Shown: positions 20,604 to 29,806, counted from the stretch's first letter. The stretch is DNA of 32,000 nt from Alkalilimnicola ehrlichii MLHE-1 (GCF_000014785.1 NC_008340.1:1500001-1532000), one strand, 5' to 3'. Translations and numbers: made by a program. The notes: a model not told the origin generated them from the sequence alone.

Positions 20604-22205
20604 ATGGCATCGCGGCTACAGAAACCTTTCTGGTCCGGTATCGCCCTGGGCTGGGGGCTGGCGGTTGCGCCGGGGTTGGTACCGGCCGGCGACGAGGGCC
20701 CGATCCTCTATTACGAGAACCTCGGCGACTACAGCCGGGCGGTCACCACGGATTCGGAATCGGCGCAGGCCTGGTTCGACCAGGGCCTTCGTTTGGCCTA
20801 TGGCTTCGCCCGCCAGGCGGCGGCGGACGCCTTTCTGCAGGCCACACGCCATGATCCAGACTGCGCCCTATGTCATTGGGGCGCGGCCTGGGTGCTCGGG
20901 CCTTATCAGAACAACCCCGGCGGCGTGGGGGAGCGGGCTGAGGCAGCAGCGGCCGCACAGGCGGCCCTGCGCGCCCTGAGCCGAGCTGAAGCGGTTGCCC
21001 CATGGGAGCAGGCGCTGGTCGAAGCCATGGCGCAGCGTTACCCCGATGGCAGCGACCAGGCCGCAGCCACTGCCCCGTACGCGGAGGCTATGGAGCGTGC
21101 GGCGGTCGCCCATCCCGACGACCCCGATGTCCAAACGCTGTATGCCGAGGCCCTGATGATGTTCCGGCCCTGGGACCTCCATGACGAGGAAGAGGGGCCC
21201 TACCCCGAGACCCAGGCTGCTGTTCAGGCGTTGGAGGGGGTGTTGGCGGACCATCCGCAGCATCCCGGCGCCTGTCATCTCTACATCCACGCCGTCGAGG
21301 CCTGGGAACCGCAGCGGGCGGAGGCCTGTGCCGACCGGCTGGCCGACGCCATCCCCGGAGTGAGCCATATCCAGCACATGCCCTCCCACATCTACATGCA
21401 TGTCGGACGCTTTGGCGATGCGGTGCACCAGAACCAGCAGGCGCGGATCATGGACCAGGCCGCCGCCCGGGGTGCAGGCGTCAGCGTTTATCCCACGCAC
21501 AATACCGCCATGCTGGCCTTTGCCGCCTGGATGGACGGGCAGAGTGGTGTGGCCCTGTCGGCTGCCCGCGATCTGGCCCGAGAGTCCCCTGGAGATGCAT
21601 TCCATTACGATCTGTTGCTGGCACGCTTCGGGCGTTGGGACCAGCTCGCGGACCGTGATGATCGCCCGGAGATGCCCTTTCAGGCCGGCATGTGGCATTT
21701 CGCTCAGGGGCTTGCGGCGCTGCGGAGCCGTGGCCCGGAGGCAGCCAGCGGCGATTTGCAGGCACTGCGTCGGATTCGGGATAACACGCCGGAAGAGGCC
21801 ACCTACCAGTTTTTCGGACACCCGAAACAGGATCTGCTGGGCATCGCGGAGGAGATCCTGGCCGCGGAGGTGGCTCTCGCCGAAGGTCGCGATGTGGACG
21901 CCGAGGCCGCTTTGCGGGAGGCCGTCCGCCTGGAGGACGGGTTGCCTTACAGCGAACCGGAGCCCTGGCCGATTCCGGCCCGTCATGTGCTGGGCGCGGT
22001 GCTGCTGGAGATCGGTGACGCCGAAGAGGCTGAGAGCGTCTACCGGGAGGCCCTGAGTGTCCATCCGGACAATGGCTGGGCACTTCGTGGCTTGCAGCAG
22101 AGTCTTGCCGCCCAGGGTAAGGCGGCTGAGGCGCGGCAGGTGGCCGAGGCCTTCGAGCAAGCCTGGCAGCGCGCGGATATCTGGCTGCCGGGGTCTCGTT
22201 TCTAG
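20604..22205 (+). CDS. Probable exported tetratricopeptide-repeat protein of unknown function
   Basis: Hydrophobic leader SGIALGWGLAVAPGLVPA; TPR-like blocks (AWFDQGLRLAYGFARQAAADAFLQATRHDPD..., HVLGAVLLEIGDAEEAESVYREALSVHPDNGWALRGL...); QHMPSHIYMHVGRFGDAVHQNQQA. GTG 20595 is an alternative start. Confidence 0.82.
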   Translation: MASRLQKPFWSGIALGWGLAVAPGLVPAGDEGPILYYENLGDYSRAVTTDSESAQAWFDQGLRLAYGFARQAAADAFLQATRHDPDCALCHWGAAWVLGPYQNNPGGVGERAEAAAAAQAALRALSRAEAVAPWEQALVEAMAQRYPDGSDQAAATAPYAEAMERAAVAHPDDPDVQTLYAEALMMFRPWDLHDEEEGPYPETQAAVQALEGVLADHPQHPGACHLYIHAVEAWEPQRAEACADRLADAIPGVSHIQHMPSHIYMHVGRFGDAVHQNQQARIMDQAAARGAGVSVYPTHNTAMLAFAAWMDGQSGVALSAARDLARESPGDAFHYDLLLARFGRWDQLADRDDRPEMPFQAGMWHFAQGLAALRSRGPEAASGDLQALRRIRDNTPEEATYQFFGHPKQDLLGIAEEILAAEVALAEGRDVDAEAALREAVRLEDGLPYSEPEPWPIPARHVLGAVLLEIGDAEEAESVYREALSVHPDNGWALRGLQQSLAAQGKAAEARQVAEAFEQAWQRADIWLPGSRF

Positions 22206-22252
22206 GGGTGCCGGCGCGGGCGCGCCCCACCTGCCGGCCACAAGCTGCCCCT

Positions 22253-23080
22253 TCAGCCGGCCCCAACGTGCGGGGAGTGGAAGCCGCGGGCCGGCCGCCC
22301 GCCGATCCGGTGGGTGATCCCGGCGGCGGTCCGGGCCACCAGGTCGCCCAGCACAGGGATGCGGGCATCGCTGATCCGCGGCGTCGGGCCGGAGATGGAG
22401 ATGGCGGCCACCGCCTCGCCATAGGCGTTAAAGAAAGGCGCGGCCACGCAGCGCATGCCCAGGGCCTGGGCCTCGTCATCCAGGGCCCAGCCCCGCTGGC
22501 GGGTCCGGGCCAGGGTCTGGTGCAACTGGTCGGGGGTGGTGACCGTCTTCGGGGTGTAACAGGGCAGGCCGTGCTGGCGGATCAGTTCCTCCACCCGCTC
22601 CTGGCTCATGCACGCCAGCAGGGCCTGGCCCACGCCGCTGCAGGTGAGCGGCGTGCGGTCCCCCGGCCGGGCCATGGCGCGGACGATGGCCCGGCACTCC
22701 ACCTGCGAGAGGAAGACCGCGTGACCGCCGTTCTCCACCGCCAGGTTGCTGGTCTCACCGGAGGCCTCGGTCAGCCGGCGGAGGAAGGGGCGGGAGAGGC
22801 TGACGAAATCGTGCCCCTTGAGGAAGGCGTTGCCCACCGCCAGTGCCTGGACCCCGATATGCCACACCCCGGTGGATTCCTCCACCTCGACGAAGCCGCT
22901 GTGCAACAGGGTGTTGAGCAGCCGGTGGGTGGTGGAGGGGGCCAGGTCCACGTGGTCGGCCAACTCGGTCAGCGTCATCCCCGCTTCGACCCGGGCGAGC
23001 GCCTGCAGCAGCCGCAGCCCCCGATGCAGCGACTTGACCGTGCCGCCACTGACCTCAACGGTGTCCGATGCCCTGGCCAT
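22253..23080 (-). CDS. IclR-family transcriptional regulator
   Basis: VKSLHRGLRLLQALARVEAGMTLTELADHVDLAPSTTHRLLNTLLHSGFVE (wHTH) plus C-terminal effector domain SGVGQALLACM...AAPFFNAYGEAVAAISISGP. Confidence 0.94.
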   Translation of the reverse strand: MARASDTVEVSGGTVKSLHRGLRLLQALARVEAGMTLTELADHVDLAPSTTHRLLNTLLHSGFVEVEESTGVWHIGVQALAVGNAFLKGHDFVSLSRPFLRRLTEASGETSNLAVENGGHAVFLSQVECRAIVRAMARPGDRTPLTCSGVGQALLACMSQERVEELIRQHGLPCYTPKTVTTPDQLHQTLARTRQRGWALDDEAQALGMRCVAAPFFNAYGEAVAAISISGPTPRISDARIPVLGDLVARTAAGITHRIGGRPARGFHSPHVGAG

Positions 23081-23154
23081 AATCGCTCCTTGTGTTGTCG
23101 TTCTGGTCGTTGGCGTCCTGGCCTATTCTACGAGCCCGCAACTAAACTGAAAGC

Positions 23155-24423
23155 ATGAACATTCAACCTGAGGCCTTTCTGCGCACCCTTTTCCAGACCG
23201 CCGTGGAGCGGGTCGCACCGGAGCGGGCGCTGCCCGGCCAGGTTCCTGAGCCCCCGACGGGGCGCACGCTGGTCATTGGTGCGGGGAAGGGGGCCGCGGC
23301 GATGGCGCGCGCCCTGGAGCGGCTGTGGCCGGGGCCGCTGGAGGGGCTGGTGGTCACCCGCTACGGCCATGCGGTGCCCTGCCAGCGGGTACTGGTGGAG
23401 GAGGCCGGGCACCCGGTGCCGGACGAGCGCGGGGTGCAGGCAACCGCCAGGATCCTCGAATGGGTGAGCGACCTGAGCGCCGACGACCTGGTCATCGCCC
23501 TGATCTCCGGGGGCGGTTCGGCCCTGCTGGTGCAGCCGGCACCCGGCCTGGATCTGGCCACCAAACAGGCGGTCTCGCGGGCATTGCTGCGCAGCGGTGC
23601 GGACATCACCGAGATCAACTGCGTGCGCCGGCATCTGTCGGCGGTCAAGGGTGGCCGGCTGGCAGCGGCCTGCCATCCGGCGCGGGTGGTGGCGCTGTTG
23701 GTCTCGGATGTAGCCGGTGATGACCCGGCGGTGATCGCTTCCGGCCCCACCGTGGGCGACGCCACCACCTGCGCCGATGCCCGCGCGGTGCTGGAGCGCT
23801 ACCGACTCCGGGTGCCCACCGCCGTGGACGAGGTGCTGCGCACCGGCCGGGGCGAGACCCCGGGCCCGGAGGATCCGCGCCTGGCGGGGGTGGAGAACCG
23901 ACTGGTGGCCACCCCGGCGCAGGCACTGGAGGCGGCCGCCGAGCGGGCGCGGGAGGCCGGTGTCACCCCCTGGTTGCTGGGGGACGCGATCACCGGTGAA
24001 TCCCGGGTTGTGGCCCGGGATCAGGCCACCCTGGCGCGGCGGATCGCCGCCGGCGAGGGGCCGGTGCAGCCGCCCTGTGTTCTGCTCTCCGGCGGCGAGA
24101 CGACGGTCACCGTCCGTGGCCGGGGCCGGGGCGGCCCCAATGCGGAGTTCGCCCTGGCCGCCGCGCTGGCCCTGGAGGGCCACCCGGGGATTTGGGCGCT
24201 GGCCGCCGACACCGACGGGGTGGACGGTACCGAGGATAACGCCGGTGCCTGGGTCGGCCCGGACACCCTAGACGCTGCCCGCCGGGCCGGCGTCGATCCG
24301 CTGGCCTGCCTGACGGACAACGACGCCTACGGCTTCTTCGCCGCCCTGGGTGACTTGTTGGTGACGGGGCCTACACTGACCAATGTGAACGACTTTCGGG
24401 CCATCCTTGTGCTGCCGCGGTGA
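23155..24423 (+). CDS. Glycerate 2-kinase/hydroxypyruvate reductase-type (MOFRL/GckA/TtuD family)
   Basis: RTLVIGAGKGAAAMARALE...GLVVTRYGHAVP...EAGHPVPDERG...LISGGGSALLVQPAPGLDLATKQAVSRALLRSGADITEINCVRRHLSAVKGGRLAAAC...DTDGVDGTEDNAGAWV. Confidence 0.93.
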   Translation: MNIQPEAFLRTLFQTAVERVAPERALPGQVPEPPTGRTLVIGAGKGAAAMARALERLWPGPLEGLVVTRYGHAVPCQRVLVEEAGHPVPDERGVQATARILEWVSDLSADDLVIALISGGGSALLVQPAPGLDLATKQAVSRALLRSGADITEINCVRRHLSAVKGGRLAAACHPARVVALLVSDVAGDDPAVIASGPTVGDATTCADARAVLERYRLRVPTAVDEVLRTGRGETPGPEDPRLAGVENRLVATPAQALEAAAERAREAGVTPWLLGDAITGESRVVARDQATLARRIAAGEGPVQPPCVLLSGGETTVTVRGRGRGGPNAEFALAAALALEGHPGIWALAADTDGVDGTEDNAGAWVGPDTLDAARRAGVDPLACLTDNDAYGFFAALGDLLVTGPTLTNVNDFRAILVLPR

Positions 24424-24463
24424 CGGCGCACTCATTTGAAGCGACACCGGAGGTGTATCGGCT

Positions 24464-24805
24464 ATGTCATTGACGGATAAAGTCTGCACGGCCTGTCAGG
24501 GTGGGGTCGAACCGATGGACGAGGCGGCGGCCCAGCGGTACCTGGCCGAGGTGCCGGGATGGGAGCTGACCCATGCGGGCACCCGGATCGAGCGGCATTT
24601 CAAGACCGGCGATTTCGCCACCGCACTGGGGTTCACGCAGACCGTGGGCGAATTGGCGGAGCAGGAGGACCACCACCCGCAGATCACCCTTGGCTGGGGC
24701 TTCGTCCAGGTGGAACTCTACACCCACAAGATCGGCGGGCTGCACGAAAACGACTTCATCCTGGCCGCCAAGATCAATCAGGCCTGGGATCAGGCCCGGC
24801 GCTGA
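24464..24805 (+). CDS. phhB: Pterin-4a-carbinolamine dehydratase (PCD/DCoH)
   Basis: W-ELTHAGTRIERHFKTGDFATALGFTQTVGELAEQEDHHPQITLGWGFVQVELYTHKIGGLHENDFILAAKI; canonical EDHHP-x-W-x(n)-T-H-x-GGL pattern with this protein's W...VEL insertion. Confidence 0.93.
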   Translation: MSLTDKVCTACQGGVEPMDEAAAQRYLAEVPGWELTHAGTRIERHFKTGDFATALGFTQTVGELAEQEDHHPQITLGWGFVQVELYTHKIGGLHENDFILAAKINQAWDQARR

Positions 24806-24850
24806 CGGCAAGCCGGCGTCGGTGGTCACGCTGCGCCGGCGCCGCCACCC

Positions 24851-25348
24851 TCAGCCCGCCGGGCGGTCGCGATCCCAGGTGCCGGAGCGGCCGCCGCTCT
24901 TGTGCAGCAGTTGCACGCCGGTGATGCGCATGCCCCGGTCCATCGCCTTGCACATGTCGTAGACGGTCAGCAGTGCCACCTGGACCGCGGTCAAGGCCTC
25001 CATCTCCACCCCGGTTCGCTCCACGGTCTCGGTGCGCGCCTGACAGTGCACGGCGTGGCGGTCACGATCCGGGGTAAGCTCCAACGAGGCGTGGGTGAGG
25101 GCAATGGGATGGCAGAGGGGGATCAACTCCCAGGTGCGCTTGCACGCCATCAGCCCGGCGATGCGTGCCGCACCCAGGGCATCGCCTTTCTTCAGGTCGC
25201 CGGCGATCAGGCGCTCAAGGGTAGCCGGGGCCATCTCGATCCAGCCCTCAGCCACGGCCACCCGCCGGGTGCCCGCCTTTTCACCGACGTTCACGATATG
25301 GACCTCGCCCTCGGGGTTGAGGTGGGTCAGGTCGTCGCTCTTAGCCAT
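24851..25348 (-). CDS. moaC: Cyclic pyranopterin monophosphate synthase
   Basis: LTHLNPEGEVHIVNVGEKAGTRRVAVAEG...KGDALGAARIAGLMACKRTWELIPLCHPIALTHASLEL...TGVEMEALTAVQVALLTVYDMCKAMDRGMRI. Start ATG 25348 chosen. Confidence 0.97.
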   Translation of the reverse strand: MAKSDDLTHLNPEGEVHIVNVGEKAGTRRVAVAEGWIEMAPATLERLIAGDLKKGDALGAARIAGLMACKRTWELIPLCHPIALTHASLELTPDRDRHAVHCQARTETVERTGVEMEALTAVQVALLTVYDMCKAMDRGMRITGVQLLHKSGGRSGTWDRDRPAG

Positions 25349-25349
25349 G

Positions 25350-25493
25350 TCAGAAGAACAGCTCCAGCACGCCAAAGGCGATCAGGAAGGCCCCCAGGAT
25401 GTAGCGCTGATGGCTGGGCGCCACCAGCACCCCAATGCCGGCCAGGATGGCCAGGATGGCCGGCAGGGTGGAAGAGGAGATGTGGATGGTCAT
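25350..25493 (-). CDS. Small (47 aa) membrane protein, DUF3096-like
   Basis: MTIHISSSTLPAILAILAGIGVLVAPSHQRYILGAFLIAFGVLELFF, two hydrophobic helices; start ATG 25493 within the longer listed ORF. Confidence 0.75.
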   Translation of the reverse strand: MTIHISSSTLPAILAILAGIGVLVAPSHQRYILGAFLIAFGVLELFF

Positions 25494-25539
25494 GATTCGG
25501 CCTGATCCCTCTGATATTCCGCCATAAACCGAATGGATC

Positions 25540-26259
25540 CTACCAGGGAATCGCGGTGCCGTCGCGGAAAAACCCGCCACTCGGCCCGTCCGCCGGCAGG
25601 GTCGCCGCCCAGACGATGCCGTTGGCGGCCTCAGCGGGGCTGCGCGGGGCCTGGCTGCCGCCCATGCGGGTACGGGTCCACCCCGGGTCGACGCTGTTGA
25701 CGCGGATGCCGTCGGCCTCCAGCTCCGCCGCCAGCAGGCGGGTGAGGGCATTCAGGGCGGTCTTGGAGATGCGGTAGCCCGGGAAGGCGGCCTTCATGCC
25801 CTGGAGCTGGCCGTAGCCGGAACTCACGTTGACGATGCAACCGGCGTGGCCGCGCATCAGCGGGACCACGGCCTGGCAGACGCGGACGGTGCCCAGCAGG
25901 TTGACGTCGAGGCTCGCCTGCAGCTGGCTCAGGGGCGCCTCAAGCACGCTGGCCTGCCGGGGATCGTCCGGATCCGGATCGATGAACTGGCCGGCGTTGT
26001 TGACCAGTGCATCCAGGCGGCCGAACTGCTCCTGAAGGTACCCGGCCAGCCTCCGCACGCTCTCCTGGCGGGTCAACTCCAGCGGCTGGTGGAAGACCTC
26101 GAGGTTCTCGCTGCGCAGCTTGTCGGCAGCGGCCTTGCCGGCCAGCCCATCCCGGCTGGTAATGACCACCCGGTAATCCTTGCGGGCGAGCTGGCGGGCC
26201 ACCTCGACCCCGATGCCGCGGCTGCCCCCGGTGACCAGAGCGATCTTTTCAGCTGCCAT
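25540..26259 (-). CDS. Short-chain dehydrogenase/reductase
   Basis: KIALVTGGSRGIGVEVARQLA (TGxxxGIG), NNAG, NVSSG, YRISKTALNALTRLLAAEL (YxxxK), SVDPGWTRTRMGG. Confidence 0.92.
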   Translation of the reverse strand: MAAEKIALVTGGSRGIGVEVARQLARKDYRVVITSRDGLAGKAAADKLRSENLEVFHQPLELTRQESVRRLAGYLQEQFGRLDALVNNAGQFIDPDPDDPRQASVLEAPLSQLQASLDVNLLGTVRVCQAVVPLMRGHAGCIVNVSSGYGQLQGMKAAFPGYRISKTALNALTRLLAAELEADGIRVNSVDPGWTRTRMGGSQAPRSPAEAANGIVWAATLPADGPSGGFFRDGTAIPW

Positions 26260-26350
26260 AGACGGGCTCCCTGCAGGCCGACGGGCCGACCCTAGCCGCG
26301 CCCCGGAACGTGGTCAAGGCACGGCCCCGGCGGGTGCCGGCGGGACGGGG

Positions 26351-27049
26351 TCAATCCCGCTCCCGGAGGTAGTGCTTGTCCACCACCGCGAGGGCGTCAT
26401 CGAGTTCGTAGACCAAGGGGTCGCCGGTGGCGATCTCCACCTTCATGATGGCCTCGTCGTCCAGCCCGTCCAGGTGTTTGATCAGGGCCCGGATGCTGTT
26501 GCCGTGGGCCGCGATCAGCACGTTGTCGCAATCACGCAGGGTGGGCACGATGCGTTCGTTCCAGTAGGGCAGGACCCGCTCCAGGGTCAGGGCCAGGGAC
26601 TCGGTCGCCGGGAGCTGCTCCGGTTTGAGGCTGGCGTAGCGCGGGTCGTGCCTGGGGTGGTAGGGGCTGGTTTCGTCCAGCGGAGGAGGAGGAGTGTCGT
26701 AGCTGCGGCGCCAGATATGGACCTGTTCGGCGCCGTATTCCTCGGCGGTCTCCGCCTTGTTCAGGCCAGTAAGGGCACCGTAGTGGCGCTCGTTGAGTTG
26801 CCACGCCTTGGTGACGGGGATCCACATCTGGTCCAGCTCATCCAGTCCGATCCAGAGCGTGCGGATAGCGCGCTTGAGCACGGAGGTGTAGGCGTAGTCG
26901 AAGCGCAGGCCGTGCCGTTTCATCAGCTGACCGGCGGCCTGGGCCTCTTCCCGGCCCTTTTCGGTCAGGTCGACGTCGTGCCAGCCGGTGAACCGGTTTT
27001 CCTGGTTCCAGATGCTTTGCCCGTGGCGGAGTAAAACAAGTTTTTTCAT
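26351..27049 (-). CDS. gpmA: 2,3-bisphosphoglycerate-dependent phosphoglycerate mutase
   Basis: [32 protein letters not shown]...[20 protein letters not shown]...[19 protein letters not shown]. Confidence 0.97.
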
Positions 27050-27187
27050 GTGCCTGCGCCCTTTTCTTACGCCTGTCCTTAAACGCCTATCCTTAGGAGT
27101 GGCTTGGTATCGATCATTGGCCGGGCAGTTTATCCGCCGACGGCCCCCGGGGCCACCCCATGCCCGTGCGGAACCGGCTGCGGCGCC

Positions 27188-27640
27188 TCACGGGCGGGCA
27201 AAGTAGCGCCCCTGCAGGGTGGCGTCCGGATCGTCGCGCTCGCCCACCTGGATCACCAGCGGCAGGCGCACCCGCCGGCCGGTGCGCAGCCTCTGGAGCA
27301 ACTCCTCGCGCTGCTCCGGGGTGAGGGTGGTGTGGGCGACGATCGGGCCGGTGACCGGGCGCTGGTAGTGCATCCGCGCATCGGCGATCACCAGCTCCGC
27401 CTGCTGGCCCGCCCCCTCGGTCACGTGGCGGAGCAGGGCCCAGCCGGCCAGCACACAGACCGAATAGATGGCGCCGGCGAAGCCGGTCCCGGCGTGGTTG
27501 TGATTCGGGCCCAGTGGCGCGCTCAGGGTGATATGGGTTGGCCCCAGGTCGTCCACCTGGATGGCCATCCGGGCCGATAGGGGAATCAGGCGGTGCAGCT
27601 CCGCCTGCAGGGCACGCTTGTCGTTGTCGTCTACTGCCAC
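27188..27640 (-). CDS. YiiD C-terminal-domain-type putative thioesterase
   Basis: LHRLIPLSARMAIQVDDLGPTHITLSAPLGPNHNHAGTGFAGAIYSVCVLAGWALLRHVTEG; hotdog-fold-like sequence. Confidence 0.75.
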   Translation of the reverse strand: MAVDDNDKRALQAELHRLIPLSARMAIQVDDLGPTHITLSAPLGPNHNHAGTGFAGAIYSVCVLAGWALLRHVTEGAGQQAELVIADARMHYQRPVTGPIVAHTTLTPEQREELLQRLRTGRRVRLPLVIQVGERDDPDATLQGRYFARP

Positions 27641-27741
27641 GGCCGCTCCTTCCTCTTTCCCTGGGCTCCCGTTGCGGATTCTAGCACCACCGGGGGCCCA
27701 GCTTGGGTTAGCATGGGGCCTGGGACAGCAAAGGGGGCAGC

Positions 27742-28212
27742 ATGCCGGCAGAGATCGAGCGCAAGTTCCTGGTTCGGGACGACCGTTGGCGGGCCGATGC
27801 CGGGCCCGGAAGGGCGTATCGGCAGGGGTACTTCGGCGGCACCCGCCGGGCGTCCATCCGGGTGCGGATCACCGGTGATCAGGGCCGACTCAATATCAAG
27901 AGCATGACCCTGGGGGTGGAACGCATGGAGTACGAGTACCCCATCCCGGTGGATGAGGCCCGTGAGATGCTCGAGGAGCTCTGTGACCGGCCCTTTGTGG
28001 AAAAGACCCGTTACGAGGTGCCGGTGGGGGATCACGTCTGGGAGGTGGACGTCTTCGAGGGAGACAACGCCGGGCTGGTGGTGGCCGAGGTGGAACTGAG
28101 CGATCCGGACGAGCCCTTCGAGCGCCCCGACTGGGCCGGCGAGGAGGTCTCGCACGACCCCAAATACTACAACATCAACCTGGTGAAGCACCCCTACCGG
28201 GACTGGAAGTAG
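27742..28212 (+). CDS. CYTH-domain protein (triphosphate tunnel metalloenzyme family)
   Basis: MPAEIERKFLVRDDRW (ExExK), YRQGYF, VRIRITGDQGRLNIKS, RYEVPVGDHVWEVDVFEGDNAGLVVAEVEL. Confidence 0.93.
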   Translation: MPAEIERKFLVRDDRWRADAGPGRAYRQGYFGGTRRASIRVRITGDQGRLNIKSMTLGVERMEYEYPIPVDEAREMLEELCDRPFVEKTRYEVPVGDHVWEVDVFEGDNAGLVVAEVELSDPDEPFERPDWAGEEVSHDPKYYNINLVKHPYRDWK

Positions 28213-28215
28213 ACG

Positions 28216-28749
28216 ATGGGCGAGTCGGGGAGCGCCAAGCCGCGCTGGTTGGCCGTGGACCTGGCCGCTCAGGTCCTGACCCTGTTTCAGGGACCGACGG
28301 CGCTGCACCGCTGGCCGGTATCCACCGGGCGGCAGGGCATCGGGGAAGGCGAGGGCAGCGGCCGAACGCCCCGCGGCTGGCATCGCATCCGGGCCTGTAT
28401 CGGCGCAGGACAGCCGCCGGGGGCGGTGTTCGTCGGCCGCCGGCCGACGGGCGAGGTCTACACCTCGGCACTGGGCCGGGCCCAGCCCGAGCGCGACTGG
28501 ATCCTCAGCCGTATCCTCTGGCTGTGTGGCGAGGAACCGGGCGTCAACCGGGGTGGCCGGGTGGATACCCAGCGCCGCTACATTTACATTCATGGCTGTC
28601 CGGACGAATGCCCTATGGGGATCCCTCTGAGCCACGGCTGCATCCGCATGCGCAACACCGATGTCATTGCCCTGTTCGACCGGATCACGCCCGGGACCCG
28701 GGTCTGGCTTGGGGTCGGGGCGCCACCGGGCCGCAAGGAGGTGGGGTGA
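28216..28749 (+). CDS. L,D-transpeptidase (YkuD) domain protein without a recognisable signal peptide
   Basis: WLAVDLAAQVLTLF...GRTPRGWHRI...RYIYIHGCPDECPMGIPLSHGCIRMRNTDVIALFDRITPGTRV; catalytic HG...SHGCIRM. Confidence 0.9.
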   Translation: MGESGSAKPRWLAVDLAAQVLTLFQGPTALHRWPVSTGRQGIGEGEGSGRTPRGWHRIRACIGAGQPPGAVFVGRRPTGEVYTSALGRAQPERDWILSRILWLCGEEPGVNRGGRVDTQRRYIYIHGCPDECPMGIPLSHGCIRMRNTDVIALFDRITPGTRVWLGVGAPPGRKEVG

Positions 28750-29795
28750 TGCTGCTCGGACCACTCATGATGGGGCTTGAGGGGACCCGGCTGAGCTCGG
28801 AGGAGCGGACGCTGTTGTGCCACCCCCGGGTCGGCGGGGTCATCCTGTTCAGCCGCAATTTCCAGTCGCCGGAGCAGTTGCGGGCGTTGACCGACGCCAT
28901 CCACGCCCTGCGCCGCCCGCCGTTGCTGATCGCGGTGGACCAGGAGGGTGGGCGGGTGCAGCGCTTCCGCGAGGGGTTTACCCGGCTGCCGGCACCCGGC
29001 GTGCTCGCCGCGGTGTACGACCGCGATCCGGCCCAGGCGCGCGCACTGTCCCACGACATGGGCTGGCTCATGGCCTCGGAACTGCTGGCCTGCGGGGTCG
29101 ATTTCAGTTTTGCGCCGGTGCTGGATCTGGGTCGGGGGGTCAGCCGGGTGATCGGCGATAGGGCCTTCCATTCCCGTCCGGAGGCGGTGGTGCACCTGGC
29201 GCGTGGTTGGGTCGCGGGCATGCGCGATGCGGGTATGGCGGCGGTGGGCAAGCACTTCCCCGGCCACGGCTCGGTGGCGCCGGACTCTCACCTGGAGCTG
29301 CCCCGGGACCCGCGCGCGCGCAGCGCCCTGGAGGGCGCGGACCTGGTGCCCTTCCGGCGGCTCGCGGGTGATCGTCTGCCCGGGATGATGACCGCCCACG
29401 TGATCTACCAGGCGATCGACCCGCTGCCGGCCACGTTCTCCGGGTACTGGATCGGCGAGGTGTTGCGGGGCGAGCTGGGGTACGAAGGGGCCGTGTTCAG
29501 CGACGACCTGGGGATGGCCGCCGCCGCCGAGGCCGGGCCGTTGCCCCGACGCGCGCGGGCGGCCATGGAGGCGGGCTGCGATATGGTGCTGCTGTGCAAC
29601 CACCCGGAGGCGGTGCCGGCGGTGCTGCGTCACCTTCCCGACCCGGATCCGGTGTCCGACATGCGCCTGGTGCGGTTGCATGGCCGACCGGTCGTGGACA
29701 ACTGGCGGAAGCTGCACCGTCTGACGCGCTGGCAGGAGGCGGTCCGGCGGGTCAGAGGGCAGGATCCCTCTCCGGAAGGCGAACTGGAGGTTTGA
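28749..29795 (+). CDS. nagZ: Beta-N-acetylhexosaminidase (GH3)
   Basis: GVILFSRNFQSPEQL...LIAVDQEGGRVQRFREGFTRLP...FAPVLDLGRGVSRVIGDRAFHS...VAAVGKHFPGHGSVAPDSHLELP...FSDDLGM. Start ATG 28749 (TGATG overlap with upstream stop). Confidence 0.96.
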   Translation: MLLGPLMMGLEGTRLSSEERTLLCHPRVGGVILFSRNFQSPEQLRALTDAIHALRRPPLLIAVDQEGGRVQRFREGFTRLPAPGVLAAVYDRDPAQARALSHDMGWLMASELLACGVDFSFAPVLDLGRGVSRVIGDRAFHSRPEAVVHLARGWVAGMRDAGMAAVGKHFPGHGSVAPDSHLELPRDPRARSALEGADLVPFRRLAGDRLPGMMTAHVIYQAIDPLPATFSGYWIGEVLRGELGYEGAVFSDDLGMAAAAEAGPLPRRARAAMEAGCDMVLLCNHPEAVPAVLRHLPDPDPVSDMRLVRLHGRPVVDNWRKLHRLTRWQEAVRRVRGQDPSPEGELEV

Positions 29796-29806
29796 GCGGA
29801 TGAGCA

